NCBI GenBank assembly: GCA_951406725.2
Contig: OX597834.1
Span: 45,074,001 to 45,138,000 of the forward strand
Origin: Octopus vulgaris
Taxonomy: Eukaryota
Direction: 5' to 3'
DNA length: 64,000 nucleotides
Below are positions 43,436 through 55,845 of this stretch, one piece after another; positions within the stretch are counted from its first letter, which is position 1; each line of letters starts with the position of its first letter. The notes under the pieces are model-generated. The model did not search any database, had not been told where the DNA came from, and worked only from the letters and a program-made list of their open reading frames with translations. Made by a program: the position numbers and the translations under genes.

Positions 43436-43670
43436 AATCCGTTTGTCTGTCCTTGCTTGTCCTCTCTGTGTTTATCCCCTTGTGAGTAGTAAAGAAATAG
43501 GTATTTCGTCAGCCGCTACGTTCTGAGTTCAAATTCCGCCGAAGTCGACTTTACCTTTCATCCTTTCGGCATCGATAAAATAAGCACCAGTTACGTACTG
43601 GGGTCGATCTATTCGACTGGTCCCTTTCCCCCCCACAAAATTTCGAGCTTTGTGCCTAGAGTAGAAAAGA
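43436..43670 (+). mobile_element. SINE family B composite: Tx1-like tail followed by a 5'-truncated body
   Basis: tgtctgtccttgcttgtcctctctgtgtttatccccttgtgagtagtaaagaaatag joined to gtatttcgtcagccgctacgttctgagttcaaattcc. Confidence 0.85.
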
Positions 43671-44063
43671 AAGAATATTGCGCATTCAATTTTCTCGTTG
43701 AATTAGACCAAAGGATAAAATGCCCTTCGTATTGTGATGTTTATGCGACAATTTCCTAGCAAAGGAGAAATTGATCATTGTTCATGCATACGTTTGCACG
43801 ACTGAATGTTGATACCTGGCCAGAGAGGCTGCTAAAAATAATAGTTTGTTATCGTACAATTACACTTATATTTGTTTCGTAAAAGCTATATTACAAAATA
43901 TAATTTAAAGTGCACAGTCAAATGCATCGCCGTATTTCGAATGATCTACGTTACAGATTTTTTTTTTATTATCGATTTAAACTTACAGTACACTGCAATG
44001 ACAATGTTTATTGCAATGCCCTAGGTAGTATATGTACATATATATATATGTTTGTGTGTATGT

Positions 44064-44099
<36 letters not shown>

Positions 44100-44198
44100 A
44101 TGTATATATATATATATGTGTGAGTGTGTGTGTATGTATATATATATGTATGCATATATGCTTATATATGGGTATCTGATTATAAATTGCTTTACATG

Positions 44199-44241
<43 letters not shown>

Positions 44242-44289
44242 GTGTGTGTATGTGTATGTAAATAAATAAATAAGTAAATAAATAAATAA

Positions 44290-44360
<71 letters not shown>

Positions 44361-44672
44361 CATATATACATACTTTCATACATGCATACACGTGCAGCCC
44401 AAACTAGCTCAATAAATGTATCTAAATGTGTTCACTTTGTAAATAGCTATTGCCTTTGAAAGCAAAGCATATATAAAGTGGCCCATATAAGAGACACATG
44501 ATAAGCACATCGAGACCTCATATACATATATGCATATATATATATGTATGTATATGTATGTATATGTATATATATGCGTGTATATATGCATGTACATATA
44601 TATGTATATATATATGTATATATATATGTATATACATATATATGTACATATATATGTGTGAATATATATATG

Positions 44673-44704
<32 letters not shown>

Positions 44705-45447
44705 TATATGTATATACACATGAATGTCTGTAACTTAAGAAAGCAATCTTCTCTTGTAATAGTCGAATATCCCAGGCGACGCCTAACGCTGCTTCGTTAC
44801 AGATATTTATAACTTACCAATATGTCGTTATAATCTCCGACTTCCTATCAAACCCCTACCTACCTCCCTCTTTCAGCTTTATATTATATATGTTGCACTT
44901 AGTAAATCCCAGCGCATTTTTCTGCCATAATTCCTGCAATCTACTTAAGGGTTTACGAACACATATACATATAAGCGTTTTGGCTTCCGCCATAAATCAC
45001 ATTTATATTACTTATCTATTGTTATATTTTTGCGTGTACGTATTTATTTATAACTTGAACTTTCATAGAATACCATCCAATATTTTATTGTTTCGTCATG
45101 CAAGTATCAATTTGTATATCGCTTCGTATCGATACGGTTTATTAATTCACCTATATTCAATATTATTGGATAATGCTTATACTTTAAATATACTTTTTGC
45201 TTTACTAGCAAAACCTAACCCTCAGTACTCTAATGAGCTACCCCGGAAATTCTATTCTTACATTAGTTTAAATTGACACATTCTTCCATCTCTTGAGAAA
45301 ACACCCACAATTCTCCATCACTGATTTCAAATTTCTAATTCACGCACCAAATATTTTTACTTAAACTCGTCTATGTACGTGTTGATAGGTATATATGCTT
45401 CTGTGTATACGTATATATACACCCACATACACATATGTATATGTATT

Positions 45448-45513
<66 letters not shown>

Positions 45514-46176
45514 TATGATTGTGTATGCAAGCCAATGTATGTGTGTGTGAATGTATACTTTGTATATGCCATGAAAATATATACAGTGTTACGTCAGCAG
45601 TTTCTTAAAATACAGCAATTTGTCATATTTTGATATTTCAGAATTGCTTTTTATTTATTTATATATTTATTCATTTAATATTGACTTTGTGCAACCCTAT
45701 TAGGACAGTGGATTTCAAACTGACAAAAACCAGCATGTCTACCACAACAAAACTATAAAATATTTCCCTTATCTATATTAATCAGGAAACAAAATATATT
45801 TTGCTGTATTTTTTTTCTCACAATGGAGATTTTTAACACTTTTTATGAGTGTTCAACATTTTCCCAATTTTATAAAATCTAGCAATTTTTACACCTTCTG
45901 CTCAATCCGCAGATGTAGAACTAGAAATAGTTATTTGGAAGGAGCAGAAACCAGTAGCGTAATTAAAACGGGGCGAGGAGCGGGTCCATCGAGGGCGACG
46001 CGTTTGTGTGAGGATCTGCAGTAATGAGCCTGTTTTGACCTTTAGTACTCGGGGTTGTTGGCAAACTCAAAGCTATTGTTAGCGGCAAACCTACCAGTGG
46101 GAGAAACACTACTCCAGGGGATAGAATTTGCCGTTATTCTGTTGACTCTATTTCTGACTCTAACAGATAAAGCAAC

Positions 46177-46481
46177 AGGGGTCCACAGCTCTTCAATATC
46201 CTCCCGAAGGACCTGAGAGACCTGCACGGGGTGGATGTATGTGCCTTCAAAATAAAGCTGGACCTCTCCCTGTCAGGTGTCCCAGATGAACCACCTTCGC
46301 GGCAGGAGGTGCAACTGAGGGCAGCTGCATCAAACTCCCTTATGAACCACCAAATGCCAATTGCTAAAAATGCATTCGTGAAGTAAAATTATGTAGCAAC
46401 CTCAAATGGCAGTGCCCCAGCATGGCCACAGCTCGTGAGCTGCAACTTGATGAAATAAAAAAAATGAAATAAATGAAATAA
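46177..46481 (+). mobile_element. CR1-clade LINE, 5'-truncated 3' end (ORF2 C-terminus plus 3' UTR)
   Basis: 46177-46386 reads RGPQLFNILPKDLRDLHGVDVCAFKIKLDLSLSGVPDEP..., typical of a CR1 ORF2 terminus; the tail has a stem-loop and tgaaataa repeats. Confidence 0.85.
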
Positions 46482-47221
46482 GACTCTCTACCCGTTCTCT
46501 ACAAACGTCTATTATTCCACGTCATGTGTTCATTATGGTTATGTAGGTTTCTTCTTCTTTCTGTATCTCATGATCTGACGCTGTCTCTCTTTCTGTCGGG
46601 CTTTCTTCCTCTTTCTATAAATAATTTTGTCGTCTGCTGGAAATCACAAATCACACATTTCGAGTATCAAAACGCAATCAAGATCTCTTCGCCGCCATCA
46701 CTTCTCTGTCGTCTATCGCGATTACAATAACCTTTCATCTATTGAAATTACTAACACAAAGTCTGTTTATACGGCGGACAATATCCCGAATGAATCATCT
46801 TTCCGTGTAGATTCGGTAAATAATGAATAATGAAGATTAACCACGATCATAAGGATATGTAAACTAATAAATACTAAACAAGAACGTATTTCTAACGTTG
46901 CTTTAAATGAGTTTCAAGTTATAATCATCTAAGAAAATACGTGGTTCAAACAACGCTGTAGACTATGGCAAGCTTCGTTGTTGTCTGCATAAATAACAAA
47001 GTCAACATAATCAGACATTTTATTTAGCAGTCAGCTTCTGAAAAATACTGTCTGGTGAGGTAGGTTTGGTTAGAAAAGTATGAAAATAATTTTGGAGGAA
47101 ATATGCAAACTATTATCTCTCCCCCCTCTCTCTTTCTCTCTCTCTCCCACTCTCCTTCATTCTTCCTCATACACTCTCAGTGCTGTGCATGTGTGTCTTT
47201 ATATATATATATATATATCAA

Positions 47222-47385
47222 ATTTACAGAAAACAAAAGATGAAGAGAGTTGAAAGAACAATAAGCAGATGTATTATTTTGACGCATGTGCGGGAATAAT
47301 AGCAAAGCCTTTGACGTTTCAAGCCTACGCTCTTTGAGAGAAGGGTTGAGAGGGGGAGAAAATTAGTAAAGAATGAAAAAACAGA
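47222..47385 (-). mobile_element. Family H repeat, degenerate
   Basis: Minus strand aagagcgtaggcttgaaacgtcaa; acagaaaacaaaagatgaaga matches the 40580-40615 segment in reverse complement. Confidence 0.55.
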
Positions 47386-47869
47386 GAGAGAGAGAGAAAC
47401 ATGTGCAGAGTTTAACGATATAACAGACACAGACTGATAGACGTAGATAGAGAGAGAAATGAGAGCGAGAGATTGAGCAAAACCTCAACATTTATCTTCA
47501 TATGTCCAAGGAACTGGCCTCGGTATTCTTCAGTTTCGCGAAACTTTAAGAAAGATGAGAAGTGAAGTCAACTTGATACTCAATACATATAAACTTAGAT
47601 AAACTTAGATATGTTTCGACCAAAGATTGGTCCAGGCCATGTCTAACTTAATACCACCAACTATGTGTGTTTAGTGACTCATTTACAAATTCGAGTGAAA
47701 CATTTTTAAAGATTTTCACTGATGAATTGTGGCTACTTGTATCTAAATGTTATATCATTTATTTGATAGAACGCATCCAATCGTCGCTGAATTCTTTATT
47801 CTTTATTTTAATGCAATACAAATAAACATTGATTGTTCGTTTTTAATTTTACAGCTTTGATAACGAGTG

Positions 47870-48730
47870 GTCAAAAAATTGCAATTGGAACAATTTTACG
47901 CTACCTTTGAGAAAAAATAGATTGAGTGCAATTGCAGCGGCAAAAGAAATAAAAAATATGGATGGCCCAGGATTTGTCAACGAACGTGTGGCACAAAACT
48001 GGTTCAGACGTCCCAAAGAATCTGAACTAACCAAGAAGGCAAACCAATGTCAGGGAGAACTGTTGTGGAAGATAAGACCTTGTTGAACAGAAATGGCTGA
48101 ACAACAGTGAAGCACAGGCACTCGCACATTGTCGGTAGAACGTGGCCTTCGTAAAGAACCATCAATAAGAACCTCCGTAAGCCTTGGCCTGTTGAACCGA
48201 CGCAATCGAGGACATCCTTATGCATTTGCTCAACGACGTTTTTTTTCTTTTTTGCATCGAATTCTAATTGGAAATGAAAAATGGATCTCTTTACGTCACC
48301 CTAATAATAGGAACCAAAATAATTGGTGAAGGCGCATGGCTCAGTATTTAGAGCGCCAAACTTACGACCGTGAGGTTGTGAGTTTGACTCCCGAACCGAG
48401 CTGCGTGTTGTGTTCTTAAGCAAGACACTTTATTTCACGTTGCTCCATTTCAGTCAGCTGTAGAAATGAATTGCGACAACAATGGTGCCAAGCTGTATCG
48501 GCTTCTTTGCCTTTTCCCTCGGATAACATCAATGGCGTGGAGAGGTGAGGCTAGTATGCATGGGTGACTGCTGGTCTTCATAAACAAGCTTGCTTGGACT
48601 TCTGCCTGGGAGGGTAACTTTCTAGGTGCAATCCCATGGTCAGTCATGACTGAAGGGTGTCTCCGACTCCGAATAGTAAGAACCAGTGGCTTCATTGCAA
48701 CCAGGCTTCAGAATCTGTTATCGAATAAAA
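47870..48730 (+). pseudogene. Mariner-type transposase relic interrupted by a SINE
   Basis: Translates AAAKEIKNMDGPGFVNERVAQNWFRR (HTH) ... FLHRILIGNEKWI (cf. FLxRIVTGDEKW), resuming as KNQWL after the SINE. Confidence 0.8.
48325..48663 (+). mobile_element. SINE family C (tRNA head, CORE/V-like central domain)
   Basis: tggctcagtatttagagcg A-box, gagtttgactccc B-box, gttgtgttcttaagcaagacactt; degenerate target duplication aataataggaacca / aatagtaagaacca. Confidence 0.8.
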
Positions 48731-49589
48731 ACGATTTCAACAGACGTTCATATGTCTACTAGAATTGACAAATTCTTCATCAGGAAAGTTATATTCTGGC
48801 TCTCCGCGCATATTTAGGGGTCTCTTCATACGTTGTATCTGAGCCTCAATGTCTCTGCACTGACATCTATAAGCTCTTTCTTGTGAATTCTGCGTTTGAT
48901 TTCTTCCATTTCTACTTTTGTTTACCAACATTTCTTTTTTGTCTGTCTTAGTTGTTCGCTATTATCATCATCATCGCCGTCGTCGTAGTTGTTGCTGATG
49001 TTGTTGTTTTCGACTTGATCTTCATCGTCTTCGTCGTCGTCTACGTCCATTTAATATGTGGTTCAACTTCTCAATAAAACTGTTTTCTCTTAATCTTCTC
49101 CCGTTTTCAGTTGAGTTCTACAGTTTATAAAATGAGAATATGCTAAACGCTTTCTGACCACAGGTTACTAAATTGTTGCTTAATGGGATCTGACGAGCGT
49201 CAGAGTCTACATTTTGTTGTCAGCATGTTCGCGCCTGCTCCCGTAAGGATTTCTTCTGTCTGGGGAATATGTATCTCTTCGCATTTGATGCAGTGCAACG
49301 ATTACCATTGCATTTAGGTACTAATGGTGTTTCCATTGCTGTCTAAGACAAACTCTGTCACTATTAACGACTGCGCAAATATTTTCGGTTGCCTATTACT
49401 TAGTCGAACCCATCAACATCATTGATTTCTTTTACCGCCATCCTTTCTCTCGGTCCTCTTTCCTTTCCAAAGACAGAATAAAATCACTGAATAAAATCAC
49501 TCTAGTTGTAATTTCTCTTCTCTCATTATCAAGACAGTAAAATTAAAAATGAACGATCAATGTTTATATGCAATATCTATACGATAAGC

Positions 49590-49745
49590 TTCTTTTAGTT
49601 TCGTTCCACTGTATCCATTCGTATTGATTTGGTCGGCCCGAGGTTAATGCAGAAGACACTTGCCAGGGGTACTACGCAGTAGGATTGAACTCCGAACAAC
49701 GTTGTTGGGAAGGACGATTCTTACCACACACCCACGCCTGCGCCA
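49590..49745 (-). mobile_element. SINE family A, degenerate 5' half
   Basis: ttggtcggcccgagg...agaagacacttgcc...cttaccacac...cctgcgcc. Confidence 0.7.
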
Positions 49746-49766
49746 ATATATACGCGTATGTGTATA

Positions 49767-49826
<60 letters not shown>

Positions 49827-49893
49827 TTAACATATAAATATATATATATATATATAAATATTAACATATAAATATATATATATATAAATATCA

Positions 49894-50048
<155 letters not shown>

Positions 50049-50329
50049 GACATGTATATATATAAATAATTATATGTAGAGAGAGGAAGAGAGAGAGACA
50101 AGGATCAAATAAAATGACTAAGATCATGGCGAACTGTAACTGACGATATACGAAAGTAATATTTCTAATCACCATGATCGTCAATATAAATTTGATTCGA
50201 CAAACAGTAATCAGTGCCACTAACAACAGAGACAATGAATGATCCGTTTATAAATGAATAAATATTTAGATAGACAGACAGACAGACAGATAAATAAATA
50301 GAAAGACAGATAATAGATGGATAGATATG

Positions 50330-51134
50330 TTTTTTTATTAGCCACACAGGGCTGAAAACAGAGGGGACACATTACAAAGTAGAGCTTTTCTTTTGGGGGA
50401 GGAAACAAAGGGGAAGGGTAGGCTTTCGATCAAAGGCGATCGTAATAAAAAACGATCAATAGGGATCGTGTATCACAGAAATATCATGATGTAAGGAGTA
50501 AAGGGGGAAACAGATAAGGTCTATCCCTGGAAAGAAAGCCTACGGAAAAGACCCCGGTAACGTCGGTCAATAATGTCCCATGTTAACACATTCCGGGTCC
50601 ATAGGATTATGCTCAAGGTGGCTTCGTCATTCATACGTGCCATCCTTCTACATTCACTCATCTTTTTTTGAAACATTCTCTAGACAAAATTTGCCTCTCT
50701 ACTCTCACCTTCCTCTTCAAGGGATACTTGAAGTTGATGAGAGATTGACCAGAAAGGAAAGTGTTTGTCTCCAATCCTTTCAGACGCGTCCACCAGATAC
50801 ATTCTTTCGCCATAGCCACAAGTATGATAAGAATAGCTCTTCCTTCCCGTTTGAAGGAAGGAGGCAGATCGGGGCAGATCGGCCCCGTGTTTCTCGAGCC
50901 GCGTCTGTAGAGCTTATCCCGAACGGGTAGCGCTTCTCGGTAGCACTGCCAGGCAAGGGATCTCTGGAAGTTATCCATAGGTCGCGGCCCGAAAGTCGTC
51001 TTGAACAGGCGGGTCAGCTATTCCTCGTCGACGCCCAGGTTTGCCCCGAGCTCGTCGTCGTACCTCTCCTCCACTAATCCCCTATAGAATGCTTTGGTTG
51101 TGTTGAAGTCGCTCAACGTCGACTCGAGACGCTC
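50330..51134 (-). mobile_element. Tx1/L1-clade LINE, 5'-truncated 3' end
   Basis: TTKAFYRGL...MDNFQRSLAWQCYREALPVRDKL...ICP...AKECIWWTR (zf-RVT region); 3' UTR ends gctAATAAAaaaa; GATA-type arrays on both flanks. Confidence 0.85.
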
Positions 51135-51149
51135 ATAGATAGATAGATT

Positions 51150-51235
<86 letters not shown>

Positions 51236-51365
51236 CGGATAGATGGATGGATGCATGGATAGATAGATTAATAGATAGATTGATAGACAGATAAATAGAT
51301 AGATAGACAGAGAGAGAGAGATAGACAGACAGACAGAAAGACAGACGGAGAAATAGAGAGAGAGA
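51135..51365. repeat. (GATA)n/(GACA)n microsatellite
   Basis: Visible array. Confidence 0.95.
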
Positions 51366-52601
51366 TAAATGGATGCCTACATTGTTACTTGGTTCCATGT
51401 TTTAAGCAAACACAAAAAGAAAAAGCGAAGAAATGAATTGATATATTGAAAACACAGTCGTTAATTAGGCATGAAGTTATTTAATATATTCAGGATCACA
51501 ATATGAAAAACAAGAGAAACTCCTACTAACGCTAGCATTTGCCATTTCCAAATACGGAATGCAACGTAAAGGAGATGGTTAATAGGCATTCATAAGCAAC
51601 TTCAAAGAAATTGAATGGATGTTAAATAATAAATTTAGTAGTCACGACGAAATCTATTATAAGTGAAATGGTTATTGCATAACACTGGTTAAAATTATTG
51701 AAAATCATTGGATGAAAAAACAAAAAAACTCTGATTTTAGTAATGTGGAATTGAGATTCGGAATTATTATTTCTGTTGGGTCGATAGATGTTTGATGATA
51801 AGTATGTGTAGTATACAAGCTGATAAAAAGCGATTAAACTAAATTAGAGGCGATGAGGTGATGTTGATGTAGATACGTCGATATCATTGGGTGTAAAATG
51901 TTATGGGAGGAAGGAAAATAAAAGGAGAGTAGTGCATGTGTGTATATGTGTGCCCATGTGTGTATATATGTATAAAAATACATGCATATACTTATATTTG
52001 TCTGTATACATGCATGCGTATATATAAACATAGCCATATCTACCTCCATCTCTATCTTACCGATTTATTTAATTCTCTCTTTTCACGTGTACATATATAT
52101 GTGTGCGTGTATATGTGTGTGTATGTGTGTGTGCGTGTGTGTGTGTGCGTGTGTGTGTGCGTGTGTGTGTACAACTAGGTATATATCAAACACTGTTAGC
52201 AACACAAGGATAAACATTCCACAACTCAAGTATTACATACAAGATCTGATACCAATGCGTTTCAGGCTCCTGTCTGACGGCAAAATCACAACCAAAACCC
52301 AAAATATGTTAATGACGTCAACATATGTTAATTATTGTGCGATCGCTTTTCCCGAATTCTGTTACGCTGTGAACCCCTTGTTGGCATGGTAACGCACTGC
52401 GACTGTTAAGAAGTTTCCATTGTAATCAGAAGATCCGGGTTTCAATCATGCTGTAAGTGATGAAATATTTTTCTACTTAAACTTTATAAATAAACGTGGG
52501 TAGAAGGAAAATGAACAGAATTGTGCATGTAATAGGAAAAAGATAACCTTTTTGTGTAGCATCGGGTCCATCGGTGAATTATGTTAATAATACGTGCGCC
52601 T

Positions 52602-52980
52602 GTGTGGTGGCGCAATGGCCCAGTGGTTAGGGCAGAGGACTCGCAGTCATAGGATCGATTCCCTGACCGGGCGTTGTGAGTGTTTATCGAGGGAAGTACA
52701 CCTAAAGCCCCACGAGGCTCCGGCAGGGGATGGTGATGAACCCTGTTGTATTCTTTCAGCACAGCTTTCTCTCACTCTTACTTCCTGTTTCTGTTGTGCC
52801 TGTAGTTCAGAGGGCCAGCCTTGTCACACTGTGTGTCACGCTGAATCTTCCTGATAACTACATAAAGGGTACACGTGTCTGTGGAGTGTTCAGCCACTTG
52901 CACGGTCATTTCAGGAGCAGGCTGTTCCGTTCATCGGATCAACTGGAACTCACGTCGTCGTAAGCGACGGAGTGCCAATG
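52602..52980 (+). mobile_element. SINE family D, full length with 10-bp target-site duplication
   Basis: A-box tggcccagtggttagg, B-box-like gatcgattccc; acgtgcgcct at 52592-52601 and 52981-52990. Confidence 0.88.
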
Positions 52981-53539
52981 ACGTGCGCCTCTTGAAAACT
53001 CTGTCCGTGCACGTATTAATTAGTTTGGTAGGGATTTCAGTTAATCGATCAACTTTGTTTTGCATTATCGCGGTGGCTAGATTGAAAAAACAAAAAACAA
53101 AAAAAGGGAAAAAAGAAAACTGCAAATCTAAAGTGATGGAGTTACAGAAACACAAGAATGCTGGGTCTAATATTTTGTGATATTTCATCGGCCTCTTTGA
53201 GTTCTAAATTCATATCTTGCTAGGTCTTTGGTAGCTTTAAAATGCTTCCTGTTCTAACACCATCACCCGATCCCTGTGTGTCTATAGAGAAAGACACTCT
53301 GTATCGGTGCTAGGTTTCTGATTTGAAGATATTTCCTTCCTCTTTCCCTTTAGAATAGGAGGCTTTAAAAAATGTCGTGGAGAATGCTGTCCTTCGTGAT
53401 TAAGAGATAAATTGATATACTCATCGTCAAAATTGAAATAGGTTCGTATATTTTGGGATACGTGTTCCATAAAGTAAGGAACATGCAGACACTAGTGAAT
53501 AGTAATGGCTGTATAGTTACGAAGGTCTATTTCAATATT

Positions 53540-53700
53540 GGTTTCAAATTTTGGCCCAAAGCCAGTAAATTCTTGAAGGGGGTAAGTCGATTACATCGAC
53601 CCCAGTGCTCAAACAGTACTCATTTGACCGATTTGGAGAGGATGAAAGCAAAGTCGACCTCGGCGGAATTTGAACTGAGAACGTAAAGACTAGTGAAATA
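53540..53700 (-). mobile_element. SINE family B
   Basis: agtcgattacatcgacccc...aaagtcgacctcggcggaatttgaact. Confidence 0.85.
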
Positions 53701-53779
53701 CTGCACATTTCATTTATATATATATATAATACTTATATTAAAGAACGCGTGTATCTATGCACATATATATATTAATATA

Positions 53780-54205
53780 TGAGCGTGATCGCATGCATCT
53801 ATGTATAATCTAGCTTTAATTCCACAAGAACATTCTTTTAATTAGAAATACATTATTTAGAATAAAATTGACACAAATGGTCACAAATCTCGGTGATCTA
53901 AATAGAGATGTGCCTTTTGATACTTATCCTCCTGAATTTAGGCCCAAATATAGACATAACAGGAATATCGCGGGGAACCCAAACGTGGAAGGCAATCTGG
54001 TACTAAAACATCTCGAAAACGAGATATAATATGGTTTACCCTTCCATTTTCCCTTTAGATTAGGAACCTCCCTAAGATGTCTTTTAGGTTAACCGATAAG
54101 AACTTCCCCTTAGAACATAAGTATCATTCTATATTTTACAGATCATCTTTGAAATTATCCTATTATACGACGCCAAATTTGGGGTCGATTATAGCAACAA
54201 ATAAC
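53780..54205 (+). pseudogene. Penelope-like (Naiad-type) ORF fragment, RT-thumb/linker region
   Basis: 54011-54205 reads SRKRDIIWFTLPFSL*IRNLPKMSFRLTDKNFPLEHKYHSIFYRSSLKLSYYTTPNLGSIIATNN, cf. RKRxIIWFNPPFS...KHFP..H..KIFNR..K.SYSC.PN..II..HN. Confidence 0.8.
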
Positions 54206-54214
54206 ATATTTAAA

Positions 54215-54610
54215 TTGCGAAATTAGGGGTTGATAATAACGATTGTATAGCTGGGTATAATAGGGAAAATGATTATTCCGTGGATAAAAGATGCAACTGC
54301 CGATCGCGAAACGCCATATGTTCCACGGCAAAGATCGACCTGGACCCATTTTAGAAGACCCTTATCCAAGATGCTTCGCAGTGTGGCTGAGCACGAGATG
54401 ATGCGCTTGCAAATTGAGTCCATTAACCCCGCCGCTTTTCTTTCGGTTTATGTGGAACAAAGACCACGAAAGTAATGGAGTTTTATAGGAAACGGATAGA
54501 AATTCTGAAAACTGTGAAACACCAGAAGCAAATCCTGAACAGCATTAGCGAACGCACGGTACGAGCAGCCAGAATAAACTCGCTTTCCAGTAACGGCTAT
54601 TTCAAGGTGT
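54215..54610 (+). pseudogene. Tc1/maT-like transposase C-terminal relic
   Basis: IIPWIKDATADRETPYVPRQ and INPAAFLSVYVE resemble VKPWI...PYVFQQD and LNPLDY..W..VE; very degraded. Confidence 0.5.
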
Positions 54611-55704
54611 GAAATTGCATTTGCTTGAACAATGAAGGTGCATTGCTTTCTCATTAATTACAAGTATTTAGTTCATTACCCTTAATTAGATATCGTACAA
54701 CCCGTCTAGTTTAACACCTTTTACACTACGTAGTGTTCTCGTTTACCATTAATGAAATACTTTCAATCATGTCTTGAGAAACGTTTCCGAATTTCTAGGT
54801 CCTCCTCCAATTTCTCAGTACTTATTCTAATTGAGTTTGATATTGTTGTTATTGGTGGTGGTGTGCGTTGGGATGCTGCGTGTTGTTGTTGTTCTTTCCA
54901 TTCCTCTTGTTGTTGTTGTTCTTGATGATGTGGCTGCAGGTGTTGCATTTGACGTAATTTTCTTGTTGTAGTCATTGTCACTGTTGCCGATGTTGATGAT
55001 GATTATGTTCGTGCTACTGTTATTCTCGCCATTCTTTTTTCTTGCCTCTACCGACGTCATTGTTGGTGTTTTCTTCTGATGTATGTCAAAAGACCCAGAG
55101 AAATTAGACTTTAAATCACACACATTCCAACTTTGACCACCCACACTTATACTGGGCTACGTCTAGTACCACATTATCTGAAATGCTCGTTACTAAGAGG
55201 GTAAGGTGAGTAAAGTAATATGGCTACTGTTTCTAGCAAGTTCAACAGATAGGTGCAGACCCTTCCGTTGTTTGATTCGACTGTTGAAAAGAACATTCTA
55301 ATTATTATTGTTGTTACTGTTGCTGTTGGTAGTGGTATTCACTAAACCGAGGTTGGACTTGACGAAATAAATTCATGATTAAAGGGTCCTCTGACATGAC
55401 GACCCTGTCATTATTTAGAAACGATGGTAGCACTTCAGTGTCGGAAGTGTCCTTCCCCTTTTTTGAAATCACTAATAAACTGTAATTTGGGTGATGTTCA
55501 GCAGTTGCCTGACTTATTTAATGTATTAAAGGGTACAGTATATCAAAATATATAATTTTAAAAATTGTATGACGTGTATAGAGTTGCTATAAGATACATT
55601 GGATATCAAGTACGACCAGTATGTCTTGGATAAGTGAAGCGTACATTTGATAATTGCTTTCTGTAACTCATCATTAGGTGAATCAGTAATTCTCTGTATT
55701 GCTT

Positions 55705-55845
55705 TCCCCATTCGGCACAAGGTCAGCAAATTCAGGGAAGGGAGTTTTCAACTGGCAATTATTCTATCAACTGCCAAAATTTAAAATGCAAATTCGACCA
55801 CGGTGGAATGTGAACTCAGAATGTAAATACGGACGAAATGCAGCA
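55705..55845 (-). mobile_element. SINE family B, degenerate
   Basis: ggcacaaggtcagcaa...gaactcagaatgtaa...gacgaaat. Confidence 0.6.

Noticed and set aside
52602-52680. Possible tRNA gene (also 48325-48400 and 59070-59133)
   Set aside because: No complete cloverleaf; each continues into a SINE body, and 52602-52980 has a target-site duplication
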